DNA of 46,405 nucleotides from a virus (Duplodnaviria; Heunggongvirae; Uroviricota; Caudoviricetes): IMG/VR virus record IMGVR_UViG_2687453454_000004; one strand, 5' to 3'. Shown piece by piece: positions 38,115 to 46,405 of this stretch (position 1 is its first letter; each line of letters starts with the position of its first letter). The notes under the pieces were generated by a model. It saw only the letters and a program-made list of their open reading frames with translations, ran no database searches and was not told where the DNA came from. The position numbers and the translations under genes were made by a program.

Positions 38115-38943
38115 GACGATGCCCTCCGCTGATATTCAGGAGACGGTGAATATGAAAATTAGCCTTATCCGCCAGACGAATACGTTCAGCCTGCAAGTTA
38201 AGAAGGGTTTCTACCAAAACCTGATGCGCCTGCGGATCCGAAAGAGTTACCTTGCGCAGAGCACGTAGTGCAGTTGTTACATAACTGAGTTTATGTAAGT
38301 CTTCATCATTCAGACGAGTGAGGGCTGGGACAGTAGCCATGATGGCAGCCTCCGATAACAGTGAATTACCTTCACCACCGGAAACGCCAATTTCGCTGGT
38401 GGTGAACTGAACGGGGTTGGCGTAACCGGCGTTATCGGAAACCGGCGCACCTTTCGGTGCCCCCGTCCAGCCCACCATAATTTGGGTGTGCACAGACGCA
38501 GACGATAAAAAAGACGCTGGCGCGTCATATATCGCCGATAACATTTCCAGGACGCCAATCCCAGCACCCGCTTTATAAGGTGCCTGAACAGTGTAACGTC
38601 CCGGAATGGCAGAATCAATGTGCTGGTGGTCCTTCACACTCAACAAAATCACGCCTGAATTTCCACAAAGGACTAAAGCACTCATGCGGGTAGTCTTTGC
38701 GAAGATAGATAACGCGCTGTGTTTCTGGCTCCCAACGAATAACATGAACATAAAGTCCTCTTCCGTCACGAAACCAGCGGTTAAGTTCCTGCACAACTCG
38801 CCCCCCACAGTCAGGTAAAGTTCTCTGTGGTTACTTACAGCCAGGAGATTTGGTAATCTGCATTCATGCCGTAACAACAGGTGTTCAGCGACGCTGACCA
38901 CCAGCTGTTGCGACAAACGGTTATTTGCCGTTAAACTGTTCAT
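38107..38943 (-). CDS. Hypothetical early-operon protein
   Basis: 278-aa ORF, translationally coupled to neighbours; no Walker or other motif recognised. Confidence 0.5.
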   Translation of the reverse strand: MNSLTANNRLSQQLVVSVAEHLLLRHECRLPNLLAVSNHRELYLTVGGELCRNLTAGFVTEEDFMFMLFVGSQKHSALSIFAKTTRMSALVLCGNSGVILLSVKDHQHIDSAIPGRYTVQAPYKAGAGIGVLEMLSAIYDAPASFLSSASVHTQIMVGWTGAPKGAPVSDNAGYANPVQFTTSEIGVSGGEGNSLLSEAAIMATVPALTRLNDEDLHKLSYVTTALRALRKVTLSDPQAHQVLVETLLNLQAERIRLADKANFHIHRLLNISGGHRHA

Positions 38944-39503
38944 GCGTTAGTTTCTCCACAGACACAAAACGCCACGACGCCCGGAGCTGCACACTCGCGG
39001 GCGTCACTCTTTTCTGGAGCGCAAAAGATTTTGTAGACCAGTGCTGCATGCTCCTGGAGCTTCGAAATTGACAGATACAACTCATCATTAATTGCTGTCT
39101 GCTCGTGTGGCTCCACTACCCCATCTTCGATTGCCGAACGAATCTGCTTTGAGTAACTCCCGATCTGTTCGATGACTTCCAGCAGGCGCTGGTTTATATC
39201 GGCGTTCTCTACTTCCTCAATTTCAGGAAGCGATACGAACACCCCACCAGCAGACTGTGCGACAGCATCCGCAATGTAGTGAGTGCCAGCCGCGCGCTGT
39301 AAAACCATTGCCCATCCCAGCGGGAAAATCTGATCGCCATCTGCACGAAGGCGGTTGAATAAAGCGTTCTCTGTTACATCCAGCCACTCAGCAGCTTCAG
39401 CGTAACCCCCCGGCAACGCCGCGATAGTTTTTCTGACAGCTTTCACGTACCACTCAGGCTGTTTTTCTACTTTCCAGTGATGCTTACCCACGGTTAGCCT
39501 CAT
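38940..39503 (-). CDS. Putative CII-like regulatory protein (YdaT / phage-186-CII-type), tentative
   Basis: 187 aa immediately downstream of the cro-like gene; HTH-like AEAAEWLDVTENALFNRL. Confidence 0.4.
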   Translation of the reverse strand: MRLTVGKHHWKVEKQPEWYVKAVRKTIAALPGGYAEAAEWLDVTENALFNRLRADGDQIFPLGWAMVLQRAAGTHYIADAVAQSAGGVFVSLPEIEEVENADINQRLLEVIEQIGSYSKQIRSAIEDGVVEPHEQTAINDELYLSISKLQEHAALVYKIFCAPEKSDARECAAPGVVAFCVCGETNA

Positions 39504-39534
39504 CGTTCTGTGGTTAAAAATTGAAGGTGTTCTG

Positions 39535-39735
39535 TTAATCTTTCGGATAGATATCCGGTCTTAAGTCAGATTTCGTAATTGCACCTGACGTGCATTGCTC
39601 AAGTTTTTTAGCCAGCACAAAACTGGCTTTTTTATAACCATTGAAAACCAGCCGTAAGTAGCCTGGTGTTGAGCCAACTTTTCCGGCCAACTCACCCTGC
39701 TGTTCTTTGGTTAAAGAGTCCCAATACGCTTTCAT
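39535..39735 (-). CDS. cro: Cro-like repressor (YdaS-type HTH)
   Basis: 66 aa from ATG at 39735 with GGAGG RBS; divergent from cI; ORF-track 167-aa version is an upstream extension across the operator region. Confidence 0.7.
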   Translation of the reverse strand: MKAYWDSLTKEQQGELAGKVGSTPGYLRLVFNGYKKASFVLAKKLEQCTSGAITKSDLRPDIYPKD

Positions 39736-39740
39736 ACAAT

Positions 39741-39819
39741 ATGTACCTCCGGTATACATATTACATGATTGAGATGAACCTTCAAGATACTTGTACCTTA
39801 TCGGTACAAAGGTTTTAAT
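39741..39819. promoter_or_regulatory. OR region: two operators with divergent PR and PRM
   Basis: O1 atgtacc-tcc-ggtatacat (39741-39759), O2 ttgtacc-ttatc-ggtacaa (39791-39809); PR minus strand TTGAAG-16-TAATAT; PRM plus strand TTGTAC-17-TTTAAT ending 7 nt before the cI ATG. Confidence 0.55.
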
Positions 39820-39825
39820 TTCTTT

Positions 39826-40500
39826 ATGAAAACAGTCCATGACATCCGGCGGTCTAACGCCAGAAAACTGAGAGATGGTGTTGGCGGGAATTCTTCCTTT
39901 GCCACCATGATTGATCGCGAGCCAACCCAGACCAGCAGGTTTATGGGAGATGGTGCAACTAAAAATATCGGTGACAGCATGGCACGGCACATCGAAAAAT
40001 GTTTCGACCTGCCTGTCGGATGGCTTGATCAAGAACACCAGACAACGAACATCACAAAAAAAACTGACGTTTCAATCACTAACAAACAAATAACGTTAGT
40101 CCCTGTCATATCATGGGTACAGGCCGGAGCATGGAAAGAAGTTGGCTATTCTGAGGTTGATTTGAGCACAGCAGAAACTTATCCCTGCCCTGTACCCTGT
40201 GGCGAAATGACTTATATCTTGCGGGTGATTGGTGATTCAATGATTGATGAGTACCGCCCGGGAGACATGATTTTTGTTGATCCTGAAGTCCCTGCCTGCC
40301 ACGGTGACGACGTTATTGCATTGATGCACGATACAGGCGAAACCACCTTCAAGCGGTTGATAGAAGATGGAACACAGCGTTATCTCAAAGCATTAAACCC
40401 AAACTGGCCTGAGCCTTACATTAAGATTAACGGTAATTGCTCTATAATTGGTACAGTGATTTTCTCAGGAAAACCAAGAAGATACATAATAAAGGCCTAA
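39826..40500 (+). CDS. cI: CI-type repressor (HTH plus S24 LexA-like autopeptidase domain)
   Basis: 224 aa; C-terminal S24 signature (GDSM Ser, KRL Lys). Confidence 0.9.
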   Translation: MKTVHDIRRSNARKLRDGVGGNSSFATMIDREPTQTSRFMGDGATKNIGDSMARHIEKCFDLPVGWLDQEHQTTNITKKTDVSITNKQITLVPVISWVQAGAWKEVGYSEVDLSTAETYPCPVPCGEMTYILRVIGDSMIDEYRPGDMIFVDPEVPACHGDDVIALMHDTGETTFKRLIEDGTQRYLKALNPNWPEPYIKINGNCSIIGTVIFSGKPRRYIIKA

Positions 40501-40511
40501 TCAATATTTAT

Positions 40512-40535
40512 AACCTGCTTCGGCAGGTTTTTTTA
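40512..40535 (+). terminator. Intrinsic terminator after cI
   Basis: aacctgc-ttcg-gcaggtt followed by T7. Confidence 0.6.
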
Positions 40536-40538
40536 TAC

Positions 40539-40566
40539 TTGACAATGTACCTTTGGGATACATAAT
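40539..40566 (+). promoter_or_regulatory. PL-like early-left promoter with overlapping operator OL
   Basis: TTGACA (40539-40544), 16-bp spacer, CATAAT (40561-40566); spacer contains atgtacc-ttt-gggatacat (40545-40563), near-identical to O1. Confidence 0.55.
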
Positions 40567-41004
40567 GTATCTAAAAGAAACACAGCACAGGCAAGATTAA
40601 ACAAAATTTGGTTGTAACACGGCGTATGGCACATGCGTCGTTAGCGGTCTGGGGACGTTAAAGGGGACAATCCACTCCTTGCTCGGGCAAACAAACCAGG
40701 TAGCCGGAATGTGCAAGTCAATGATGATGCTGATAAGACGCCTAACCAGCGTGGCGATTCGGTTTGACGCCTGGGAAGAGACCAGGGTGCAACGATGAGG
40801 ACATTTATGGAACCGCGACAAAGTGTGGTGCCGTAACTGGCTAAGTGCTCTCAGCGTTGTGGTGAATGCGCAGGCTGATGCGCGAAAGACATTGCAGCTA
40901 ATGCGGAAAAGAGCTGTTCGGCGGGGCAATTAAACGCCCGTGAGAGTCTGAAATAACCGCAAGCCGGAGATCAGCACCGGTCACCACAACAGCCACTGCT
41001 TTGG

Positions 41005-41055
41005 CGGTACCAGTTTGTACACTTGCTTCCGGCTGGTACCGCTCTTTTTACAAAA
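41005..41055 (+). promoter_or_regulatory. Hairpin plus boxA-like motif in the early-left leader (candidate nut/terminator element)
   Basis: 9-bp stem cggtaccag/ctggtaccg (41005-41013, 41033-41041) followed by CGCTCTTTTTACAAAA (41040-41055) resembling boxA. Confidence 0.3.
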
Positions 41056-41186
41056 CAGAGAAGAGCATCACCGGACGACGGGCTCATAACCAAATCCATC
41101 CGGGCGGCTGCCACCGCAGGTGTTCTTCTCTGTTTTGTGGAGAAACCAACCGACCTTGCAGGGTCGATATGATTAGGAGCAGCAAA

Positions 41187-41549
41187 ATGGCTAGCGAACG
41201 CAGTACTGATGTGCAGGCATTTATTGGGGAGCTGGACGGCGGCGTATTTGAAACCAAAATCGGCGCAGTTCTCAGTGAAGTCGCTTCCGGTGTGATGAAC
41301 ACGAAAACCAAAGGTAAGGTCTCACTCAACCTGGAAATCGAACCATTTGATGAGAACCGTGTGAAAATCAAACACAAACTCTCATATGTTCGCCCGACTA
41401 ACCGCGGGAAAATTTCCGAAGAAGACACCACCGAAACGCCGATGTATGTCAATCGCGGTGGTCGCCTGACTATTCTGCAGGAAGACCAGGGACAATTACT
41501 GACTCTTGCCGGTGAACCTGACGGAAAACTCCGCGCAGCAGGTCATTAA
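41187..41549 (+). CDS. Hypothetical early-left protein (YfdP-like, tentative)
   Basis: 120 aa from ATG 41187 with AGGAG RBS; the 182-aa track ORF is an extension through the structured leader. Confidence 0.5.
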   Translation: MASERSTDVQAFIGELDGGVFETKIGAVLSEVASGVMNTKTKGKVSLNLEIEPFDENRVKIKHKLSYVRPTNRGKISEEDTTETPMYVNRGGRLTILQEDQGQLLTLAGEPDGKLRAAGH

Positions 41550-41614
41550 TATCGTTCTTAATTAACCGATTATTTATCTCATCACTGAATATCTTTATAT
41601 AGTGAGGACTTATT

Positions 41615-42439
41615 ATGTCTCAGAACTTAGACGCAACCGCAATTAATCAAATCCATGCCCTTATTTCTGCTCAGGGTGTTAATGAAATTATCAGTAAGAT
41701 TGGTGCCGATGCTGTGGCATTGCCTGAGAATTTCCGCATTCATGATCTGGAAAAATTAAATTTAAATCGCTTCCGTTTCCGTGGTGCGCTTTCCACTGCC
41801 AGCATCGATGACTTTACTCGTTATTCTAAAGATCTTGCAGATGAAGGCACCCGCTGCTTTATCGATGCTGATAATATGCGTGCCGTCAGTGTTCTTAACC
41901 TGGGTACTATTGATGAACCAGGTCACGCAGATAACACCGCCACTCTCAAACTGAAAAAGACAGCTCCGTTCTCTGCTCTGTTGTCTGTTAATGGCGAGCG
42001 TAACTCCCAGAAGTCACTGGCAGAATGGATTGAAGACTGGGCCGACTACCTTGTGGGCTTTGATGCTAATGGTGACGCCATTCAGGCAACCAAAGCGGCT
42101 GCGGCGATCCGTAAAATCACAATTGAAGCGAACCAGACCGCTGATTTTGAAGATAATGACTTCAGCGGCAAACGCTCCCTGATGGAGTCTGTCGAAGCGA
42201 AGACCAAAGACATTATGCCAGTGGCATTTGAATTTAAATGCGTTCCGTTTGAAGGTCTGAAAGAACGTCCGTTTAAATTACGCCTCAGCATTATCACTGG
42301 CGATCGTCCTGTACTGGTTCTGCGCATTATTCAGCTGGAAGCGGTACAGGAAGAAATGGCTAACGAATTTCGTGATCTGCTTGTTGAGAAATTCAAAGAC
42401 AGCAAAGTAGAAACCTTTATTGGTACTTTCACCGCCTGA
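41615..42439 (+). CDS. Hypothetical early-left protein (YfdQ / DUF2303-like, tentative)
   Basis: 274-aa ORF with good codon continuity; family assignment from memory only. Confidence 0.5.
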   Translation: MSQNLDATAINQIHALISAQGVNEIISKIGADAVALPENFRIHDLEKLNLNRFRFRGALSTASIDDFTRYSKDLADEGTRCFIDADNMRAVSVLNLGTIDEPGHADNTATLKLKKTAPFSALLSVNGERNSQKSLAEWIEDWADYLVGFDANGDAIQATKAAAAIRKITIEANQTADFEDNDFSGKRSLMESVEAKTKDIMPVAFEFKCVPFEGLKERPFKLRLSIITGDRPVLVLRIIQLEAVQEEMANEFRDLLVEKFKDSKVETFIGTFTA

Positions 42440-42451
42440 TTTCATTACTGC

Positions 42452-42473
42452 AAATGCCCCTGCGGGGGCATTT
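42452..42473 (+). terminator. Terminator-like hairpin
   Basis: aaatgcccc-tgcg-ggggcattt, A/T-flanked. Confidence 0.45.
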
Positions 42474-42615
42474 ACGGAAGCGATAATTTTAACTATTGCC
42501 GCCCCTATAAAGAACCATTAAACAATAACGTGACGTAGCTATTGATAGTAAATGAAGCACTTGCAAAATAATTGCATTGCGTATATATACACACATGTGT
42601 TGTATTACAGCGATA

Positions 42616-43410
42616 ATGGTAAAGCAAATGATTAACTCTGAAGCAATTGAGCAACTAATGTGGCTATGGTCCTTATTTGACATTAAATTCTTATCTATTC
42701 TTGCCGCTGCCTTCACTATATATTTTGGCGTGCAAAAAATATCAAAAAAGGTGACAGTGTCGTATTCAGCAAATGCAAGTGGAATATATGACATGCATAT
42801 ATCAACCATAATCCTGAATAATAAAAGAGATAATGCAATTGCTATATCTTCAATCAATATGGAGGTTGAAGGTAAAGGGATACTACAAGTTATTAAATTT
42901 GACTCTCCTCTTCTTTTAAAGAACTATGATTCTTTAAAAGTTGAACCACCAAAATTTAGCAGCCTTTACAATAATGATGGCGTAGTTAAGTTAGATATTT
43001 CTGATAAGTTTCATTTTTATATAATCACGACATCTGGAGATGAAATTAAATGTATTTCTGAAAATAAATATGTAGCACCAAACATGGAAAACAAAATAGC
43101 TACAGACATAAGAAAATTTAATGGCATTGTCTTAACAAACAGAATGTCTTATATTTTTTTCTATGCAAATGACAACGGAGAGAAATACTGCATAATAGAT
43201 GTTTCATTGTTCATAAATGGTGACAACCCATTTCATTTTAATTTTTTAAAAGAAGATGAATTAAGAGATTTTTCTAGCATCCTTATTAGTTACGGATATC
43301 ACCAACAGTTTAAAAGTTATGCATTGTTTAAAATAGACAACCATCTTGCTCCTTCTTTGGTTTTAAATAAATCAATGATAGAAAATAATATTATTGAAAT
43401 GAATAAGTAA
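42616..43410 (+). CDS. AT-rich membrane-anchored hypothetical protein (moron)
   Basis: About 265 aa from ATG 42616 (track starts at TTG 42577); N-terminal TM helix (LMWLWSLFDIKFLSILAAAFTIYFGV); very low GC. Confidence 0.6.
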   Translation: MVKQMINSEAIEQLMWLWSLFDIKFLSILAAAFTIYFGVQKISKKVTVSYSANASGIYDMHISTIILNNKRDNAIAISSINMEVEGKGILQVIKFDSPLLLKNYDSLKVEPPKFSSLYNNDGVVKLDISDKFHFYIITTSGDEIKCISENKYVAPNMENKIATDIRKFNGIVLTNRMSYIFFYANDNGEKYCIIDVSLFINGDNPFHFNFLKEDELRDFSSILISYGYHQQFKSYALFKIDNHLAPSLVLNKSMIENNIIEMNK

Positions 43411-43446
43411 CTCACCGGGTGCAGCCGGTTATGATGGAGAAATGAT

Positions 43447-43728
43447 ATGAATACCTTGTTTTTACTGATGGCTGAATTCAATACCCCAAACATTGAACTC
43501 TCAGCAGTTAGTCAAAAATACTTTGGTATGAGTCCAGCCACAGCAGAAGCAAAAGCAAACGCTTGTAAGTTGCCTGTACCTACATATCGCATCGGTACAT
43601 CACAAAAAGCAAAACGTTGCATCAATATTCAGGATCTTGCGGAATACATAGACAAAAGACGAGAAGAAGGACGTATCGAGTGGGAACAGGTCAGAACAGG
43701 CAAACAGAAGGGCAAAGAACATCACTAA
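43447..43728 (+). CDS. PrtN/AlpA-like small DNA-binding protein (excisionase-like)
   Basis: 93 aa, MNTLFLLMAEF...LPVPTYRIG... resembles the pyocin-activator PrtN family; GGAG RBS. Confidence 0.65.
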   Translation: MNTLFLLMAEFNTPNIELSAVSQKYFGMSPATAEAKANACKLPVPTYRIGTSQKAKRCINIQDLAEYIDKRREEGRIEWEQVRTGKQKGKEHH

Positions 43729-43730
43729 AG

Positions 43731-43756
43731 AAAAAACCCGCCTAAAGGCGGGTTTT
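43731..43756. terminator. Bidirectional intrinsic terminator
   Basis: A6-aacccgcc-taaa-ggcgggtt-T4 between convergent genes. Confidence 0.6.
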
Positions 43757-43775
43757 CAAAAAGCACCAGCTATGA

Positions 43776-43949
43776 TCATGCTGCTTTGCGACGACGAAGC
43801 TTACCCTGCTGCTCTTTACCAGAGACAGTAGCGTGAGTGAACGCATTAGGAGCAGCCTTCATCAGAACTTCAACAGCAGCCCCCATACCTGCGAATGCTT
43901 TCATTGTGTCGAACTTAACCTGTGGCTTGGTTGCTTTTTGATCTTCCAT
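43776..43949 (-). CDS. Small hypothetical protein (57 aa)
   Basis: ATG at 43949 with GGAG RBS; MEDQKATKPQVKFDTMKAF...; below the ORF-track length cutoff. Confidence 0.3.
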   Translation of the reverse strand: MEDQKATKPQVKFDTMKAFAGMGAAVEVLMKAAPNAFTHATVSGKEQQGKLRRRKAA

Positions 43950-43988
43950 AGAAAACTCCAGAAGCTATACCGAAACAATTCCTGTTGT

Positions 43989-44408
43989 TTACTCATCATC
44001 AATAGATGATACGCAATATTTATTTTTAAATTTAAGGTTCTTTGGCGTAACTTCATCAGATATATCAAAACCGTCCAGAATTCTATTGAATGTAGCTTCT
44101 GGCATATCATCATGAACGGAAATCTCACCCGATCGCTGCTTTCTAACCATGTTATCCACTCGCCAAATTATAGCTTCAGCGTAAACAACATAACTTGGAT
44201 GCTTGATAAAGCGATGATCACCAGAATTCAAGACGCAAGACGGATCGTGGGGGACACCATCCTTGATACTAGAAATATTAACAACTAAAACACAATAACA
44301 ATCGTTAACGGGGTAATAAACAGGATCATTACAAATCACATGAAGATGATTGCATGGCCCAGTTGGGGCAAGCACAGTTCCTTTCCTGTATGGCTGATAA
44401 TCCGTCAT
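43989..44408 (-). CDS. Putative toxin partner of the Panacea-like protein
   Basis: 139 aa; ATGA start/stop overlap with the upstream gene; no recognised fold. Confidence 0.45.
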   Translation of the reverse strand: MTDYQPYRKGTVLAPTGPCNHLHVICNDPVYYPVNDCYCVLVVNISSIKDGVPHDPSCVLNSGDHRFIKHPSYVVYAEAIIWRVDNMVRKQRSGEISVHDDMPEATFNRILDGFDISDEVTPKNLKFKNKYCVSSIDDE

Positions 44409-44977
44409 GATAATTGCAAAGAAAATTCCTTAAGTTTCTGAGATTCTTCCATTTTGCCAATTATACGATTAGCCTCATCCTCGCTTTTACCCTCACTGAT
44501 CAGCATTTCTTTCAGGTCTATAGGCTTACGAGAATTGCCAGGATTGTGCCACTCTGGACAAACGCTTTCTAAATGCGTCATGTTTGCGAGATCAAATCGG
44601 TTCATATGCCCATACAGAGAATAGATTTCATCTAAAATCCGGATATCTGCACGGCTCAACTCATCAAAGACCTCGTCTGCATCCATTTCCCTCGGATCTG
44701 AACGCAACAACACATCATGCCCGTTCGTCTCTATCAGGTTGTACCAGTAGTCACCAATACCTTCAGCCTTACCACGAATCAAGTTCAGCGTATTCGACAT
44801 GACTGGACCAAATTTCATAGAGTAAAGGCTATCTTCGCCGATCATCCTGCCATGCTTCAAAATCGACTTGCGGTTAGACAGATAGAGCAGCTTCATCAAT
44901 TTCAGATATGCCATGCGCCCACCTCGCTTAAGAAGTAGGTATGCAGCCATTTGAGCTACTTTTTCTTCGCAAAACAT
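44405..44977 (-). CDS. Panacea-domain (DUF4065 / GepA-like) putative antitoxin
   Basis: 190 aa; N-terminal AAYLLLK...MAYLKLMKLLYLSNRKSI...DSLYSMKFGPV resembles the DUF4065 family from memory. Confidence 0.55.
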   Translation of the reverse strand: MFCEEKVAQMAAYLLLKRGGRMAYLKLMKLLYLSNRKSILKHGRMIGEDSLYSMKFGPVMSNTLNLIRGKAEGIGDYWYNLIETNGHDVLLRSDPREMDADEVFDELSRADIRILDEIYSLYGHMNRFDLANMTHLESVCPEWHNPGNSRKPIDLKEMLISEGKSEDEANRIIGKMEESQKLKEFSLQLS

Positions 44978-45168
44978 ATAAGAAACCTCAAAGATAGTGA
45001 ACTTTGTAATTATTCTCGATACTTCATGGGTTGCTTCATCACCAACATGAGCTTCTTATGGTGTGCCCACTTAGGCCTAAGCAACTAGTTACCTTGTTTG
45101 TCAAGTTTATAGCTGGCTTTAATCATGGTCAATTGAAGTGATGAGCAAATGATGCTTTCTAAGAATAA

Positions 45169-45188
45169 CAGGTTCCCAATAGGCTCCC
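45169..45188. repeat. Candidate integrase arm-type sites on the attR side
   Basis: caggttccc and aggctccc, related to the ggttccc repeats at 1613-1647. Confidence 0.35.
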
Positions 45189-45212
45189 ACAAAGTGTATA
45201 ACTAGTTGTTTT

Positions 45213-45335
45213 TCAAAAACGGTACATCCTATCGAGCATTGGTGCAACGCTAAACCGACCACTCCAGTGAACGTCAGTTTTTTCAGGCATTGCGCTGGTT
45301 TGGTTGATTTTTTGCATTTCAGAATTACCGTGCAT
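45213..45335 (-). pseudogene. Displaced original 5' fragment of dusA (attR)
   Basis: Encodes MHGNSEMQKINQTSAMPEKTDVHWSGRFSVAPMLD then diverges and stops; about 80% DNA identity to 1476-1579. Confidence 0.7.
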
Positions 45336-45629
45336 TTTCAAATGTAGAGATTATTTTATCGATATATCATGGGGTTATGTTATTCAGCATCACTATTCAG
45401 GAGGCTCAATAGCGGGGTACTATACCATAACAACAGGAAGCGCCTGTCTCATTGCAAAAGAAAATTGAGATCCTCTCAAGGCATGAAGCTCTCACGAAGT
45501 GATGGAAATAATCTTATTAGCCGTTAACTTTGTTAAGGCCAATGATAAACAATCCAGGTTCGACGATAAATAAAAAATCACACATTAAACTCTGGTGATA
45601 TATCTCCCTGCTAATAGCATTGATAGAGA

Positions 45630-45661
45630 AAAAAGAACCCAATAAATATTGGGTCCTTTTA
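45630..45661. terminator. Terminator-like hairpin downstream of the yjbM-like gene
   Basis: A-run, acccaat-aaat-attgggt stem-loop, T-run. Confidence 0.45.
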
Positions 45662-45697
45662 TATAATGCCTTCCATACTATCGAAGAACTTCACATA

Positions 45698-46405
45698 TTA
45701 TTTCTCCGATTTAACCCCGAACAAATCATAAATTAATTTAGAAGTGTCTGTAAGTATTTTAATCTCTTCCTTTGAGGTTGGGTCAAACGACTTCGCGAAG
45801 CTAATTAATTGTGGTGCAGCATCTCGCATTTTGCTTAAAATATCAGGATCGAGCGTTCCTTCATTCACCAGATGTGACATCTTATCCAGATAGCCATCAA
45901 AATTCATTTCTCCCCCATCAGCCAGACGCTTCATCTCTCCCAGGTACTTCTTCATATCACGTTGAGATAATTTTTCAAACTGAGCTTTCAGGTAGCTCTC
46001 ATTATTTTCATTAATATACACTGTTTCTGATAAATCTGCGTAGGCACTAGAATATGAAAGTGAAATTAACAGCGAAGCAAATAATTTTAAGCTGTTGTCA
46101 TCATGTTCCTGGCAGGCATTAACAAACGTTAAAAAACCAGAACCTATTGCTTGAAAATGTATATTCGCTAAAGGTTCATTATCCTTAGATTCCTCATAAA
46201 ATAGCTGAACCGTGGAGGGAAGGTCATTCTTAGTTTCTACATCAAAAGTACATTGTTCAATGGGCATTGCATCTTTATTATCCCCAGGATTACATATACT
46301 ATTAATCGCGAAATGAAAAATAGCCCGGTCAACAACTGATGCAATAAAGTCACGATCGTTTAAATCCTCATCAGTGCAATCGTCAATATACTTATTGACC
46401 CACAT
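45698..46405 (-). CDS. yjbM: Hypothetical host protein (YjbM-like), reaches the window edge
   Basis: 235-aa AT-rich ORF outside the prophage, on the upstream side of the original dusA 5' end; gene name from recalled K-12 gene order, not verified. Confidence 0.5.
   Translation of the reverse strand: MWVNKYIDDCTDEDLNDRDFIASVVDRAIFHFAINSICNPGDNKDAMPIEQCTFDVETKNDLPSTVQLFYEESKDNEPLANIHFQAIGSGFLTFVNACQEHDDNSLKLFASLLISLSYSSAYADLSETVYINENNESYLKAQFEKLSQRDMKKYLGEMKRLADGGEMNFDGYLDKMSHLVNEGTLDPDILSKMRDAAPQLISFAKSFDPTSKEEIKILTDTSKLIYDLFGVKSEK

Larger units (their letters stand above)
1476..45335. mobile_element. Lambda-like (siphovirus) prophage integrated in the 5' end of dusA, about 43.8 kb
   Basis: Integrase next to dusA, full lambda-order late operon, cos, lysis, Q, immunity region; bounded by dusA 5'-end homologues at 1476-1579 and 45232-45335; host genes pspG/dusA on the left and a yjbM-like gene on the right. 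Confidence 0.85.

Noticed and set aside
39736-40038. N-terminal 101 codons of the 167-aa minus-strand ORF
   Set aside because: Extension runs antisense through the operator region and the cI 5' end; the real cro-like gene starts at the ATG at 39735 with a GGAGG RBS.
40597-40929. 110-aa minus-strand ORF
   Set aside because: Lies in the early-left leader antisense to PL transcription, no RBS, Cys/Arg-rich junk-like composition.
41001-41186. N-terminal extension of the 182-aa plus-strand ORF
   Set aside because: Spans the structured hairpin/boxA-like leader; the RBS-supported start is the ATG at 41187.
1-46405. CRISPR arrays, tRNA or rRNA genes
   Set aside because: No regularly spaced direct repeats with unique spacers and no cloverleaf-like tRNA candidates were seen on manual reading; none is claimed.

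Overview
Enterobacterial (E. coli-like) chromosome segment pspG-dusA ... yjbM interrupted by a complete lambda-like prophage of about 43.8 kb (roughly 1476-45335) integrated in the 5' end of dusA. All calls are from reading the sequence and the ORF track; no database search was run, so product names rest on recalled family signatures. The prophage boundaries are marked by a diverged duplicate of the dusA 5' end (intact gene at 542-1579, displaced 5' fragment at 45213-45335). Reading left to right: tyrosine integrase, a LexA-box-controlled DinI-like gene, a two-gene reverse-transcriptase module, a tfa remnant, then the minus-strand late operon (stf, lom, J, I, K, L, M, H, G/T, V, U, Z, head genes, portal, W, terminase), a lambda-like cos site, the lysis cassette, an orphan DNA methyltransferase, a lipoprotein moron, Q, a nin-like block (DUF968, KilA-N, RusA), a replication gene with internal iteron-like repeats, and a divergent cro/cI immunity switch with three related operators. 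The early-left arm carries a Panacea-like antitoxin/toxin candidate pair. The most interesting candidate for an undescribed system is the AT-rich module at 3106-5196: a promoter plus structured leader, a multi-pass membrane protein (SLATT-like by inference) and a translationally coupled reverse transcriptase with a YVDD active site. It sits in the classic defence/moron hotspot between int and the tail fibre; its class (retron, UG/Abi/DRT or new) could not be resolved by eye.
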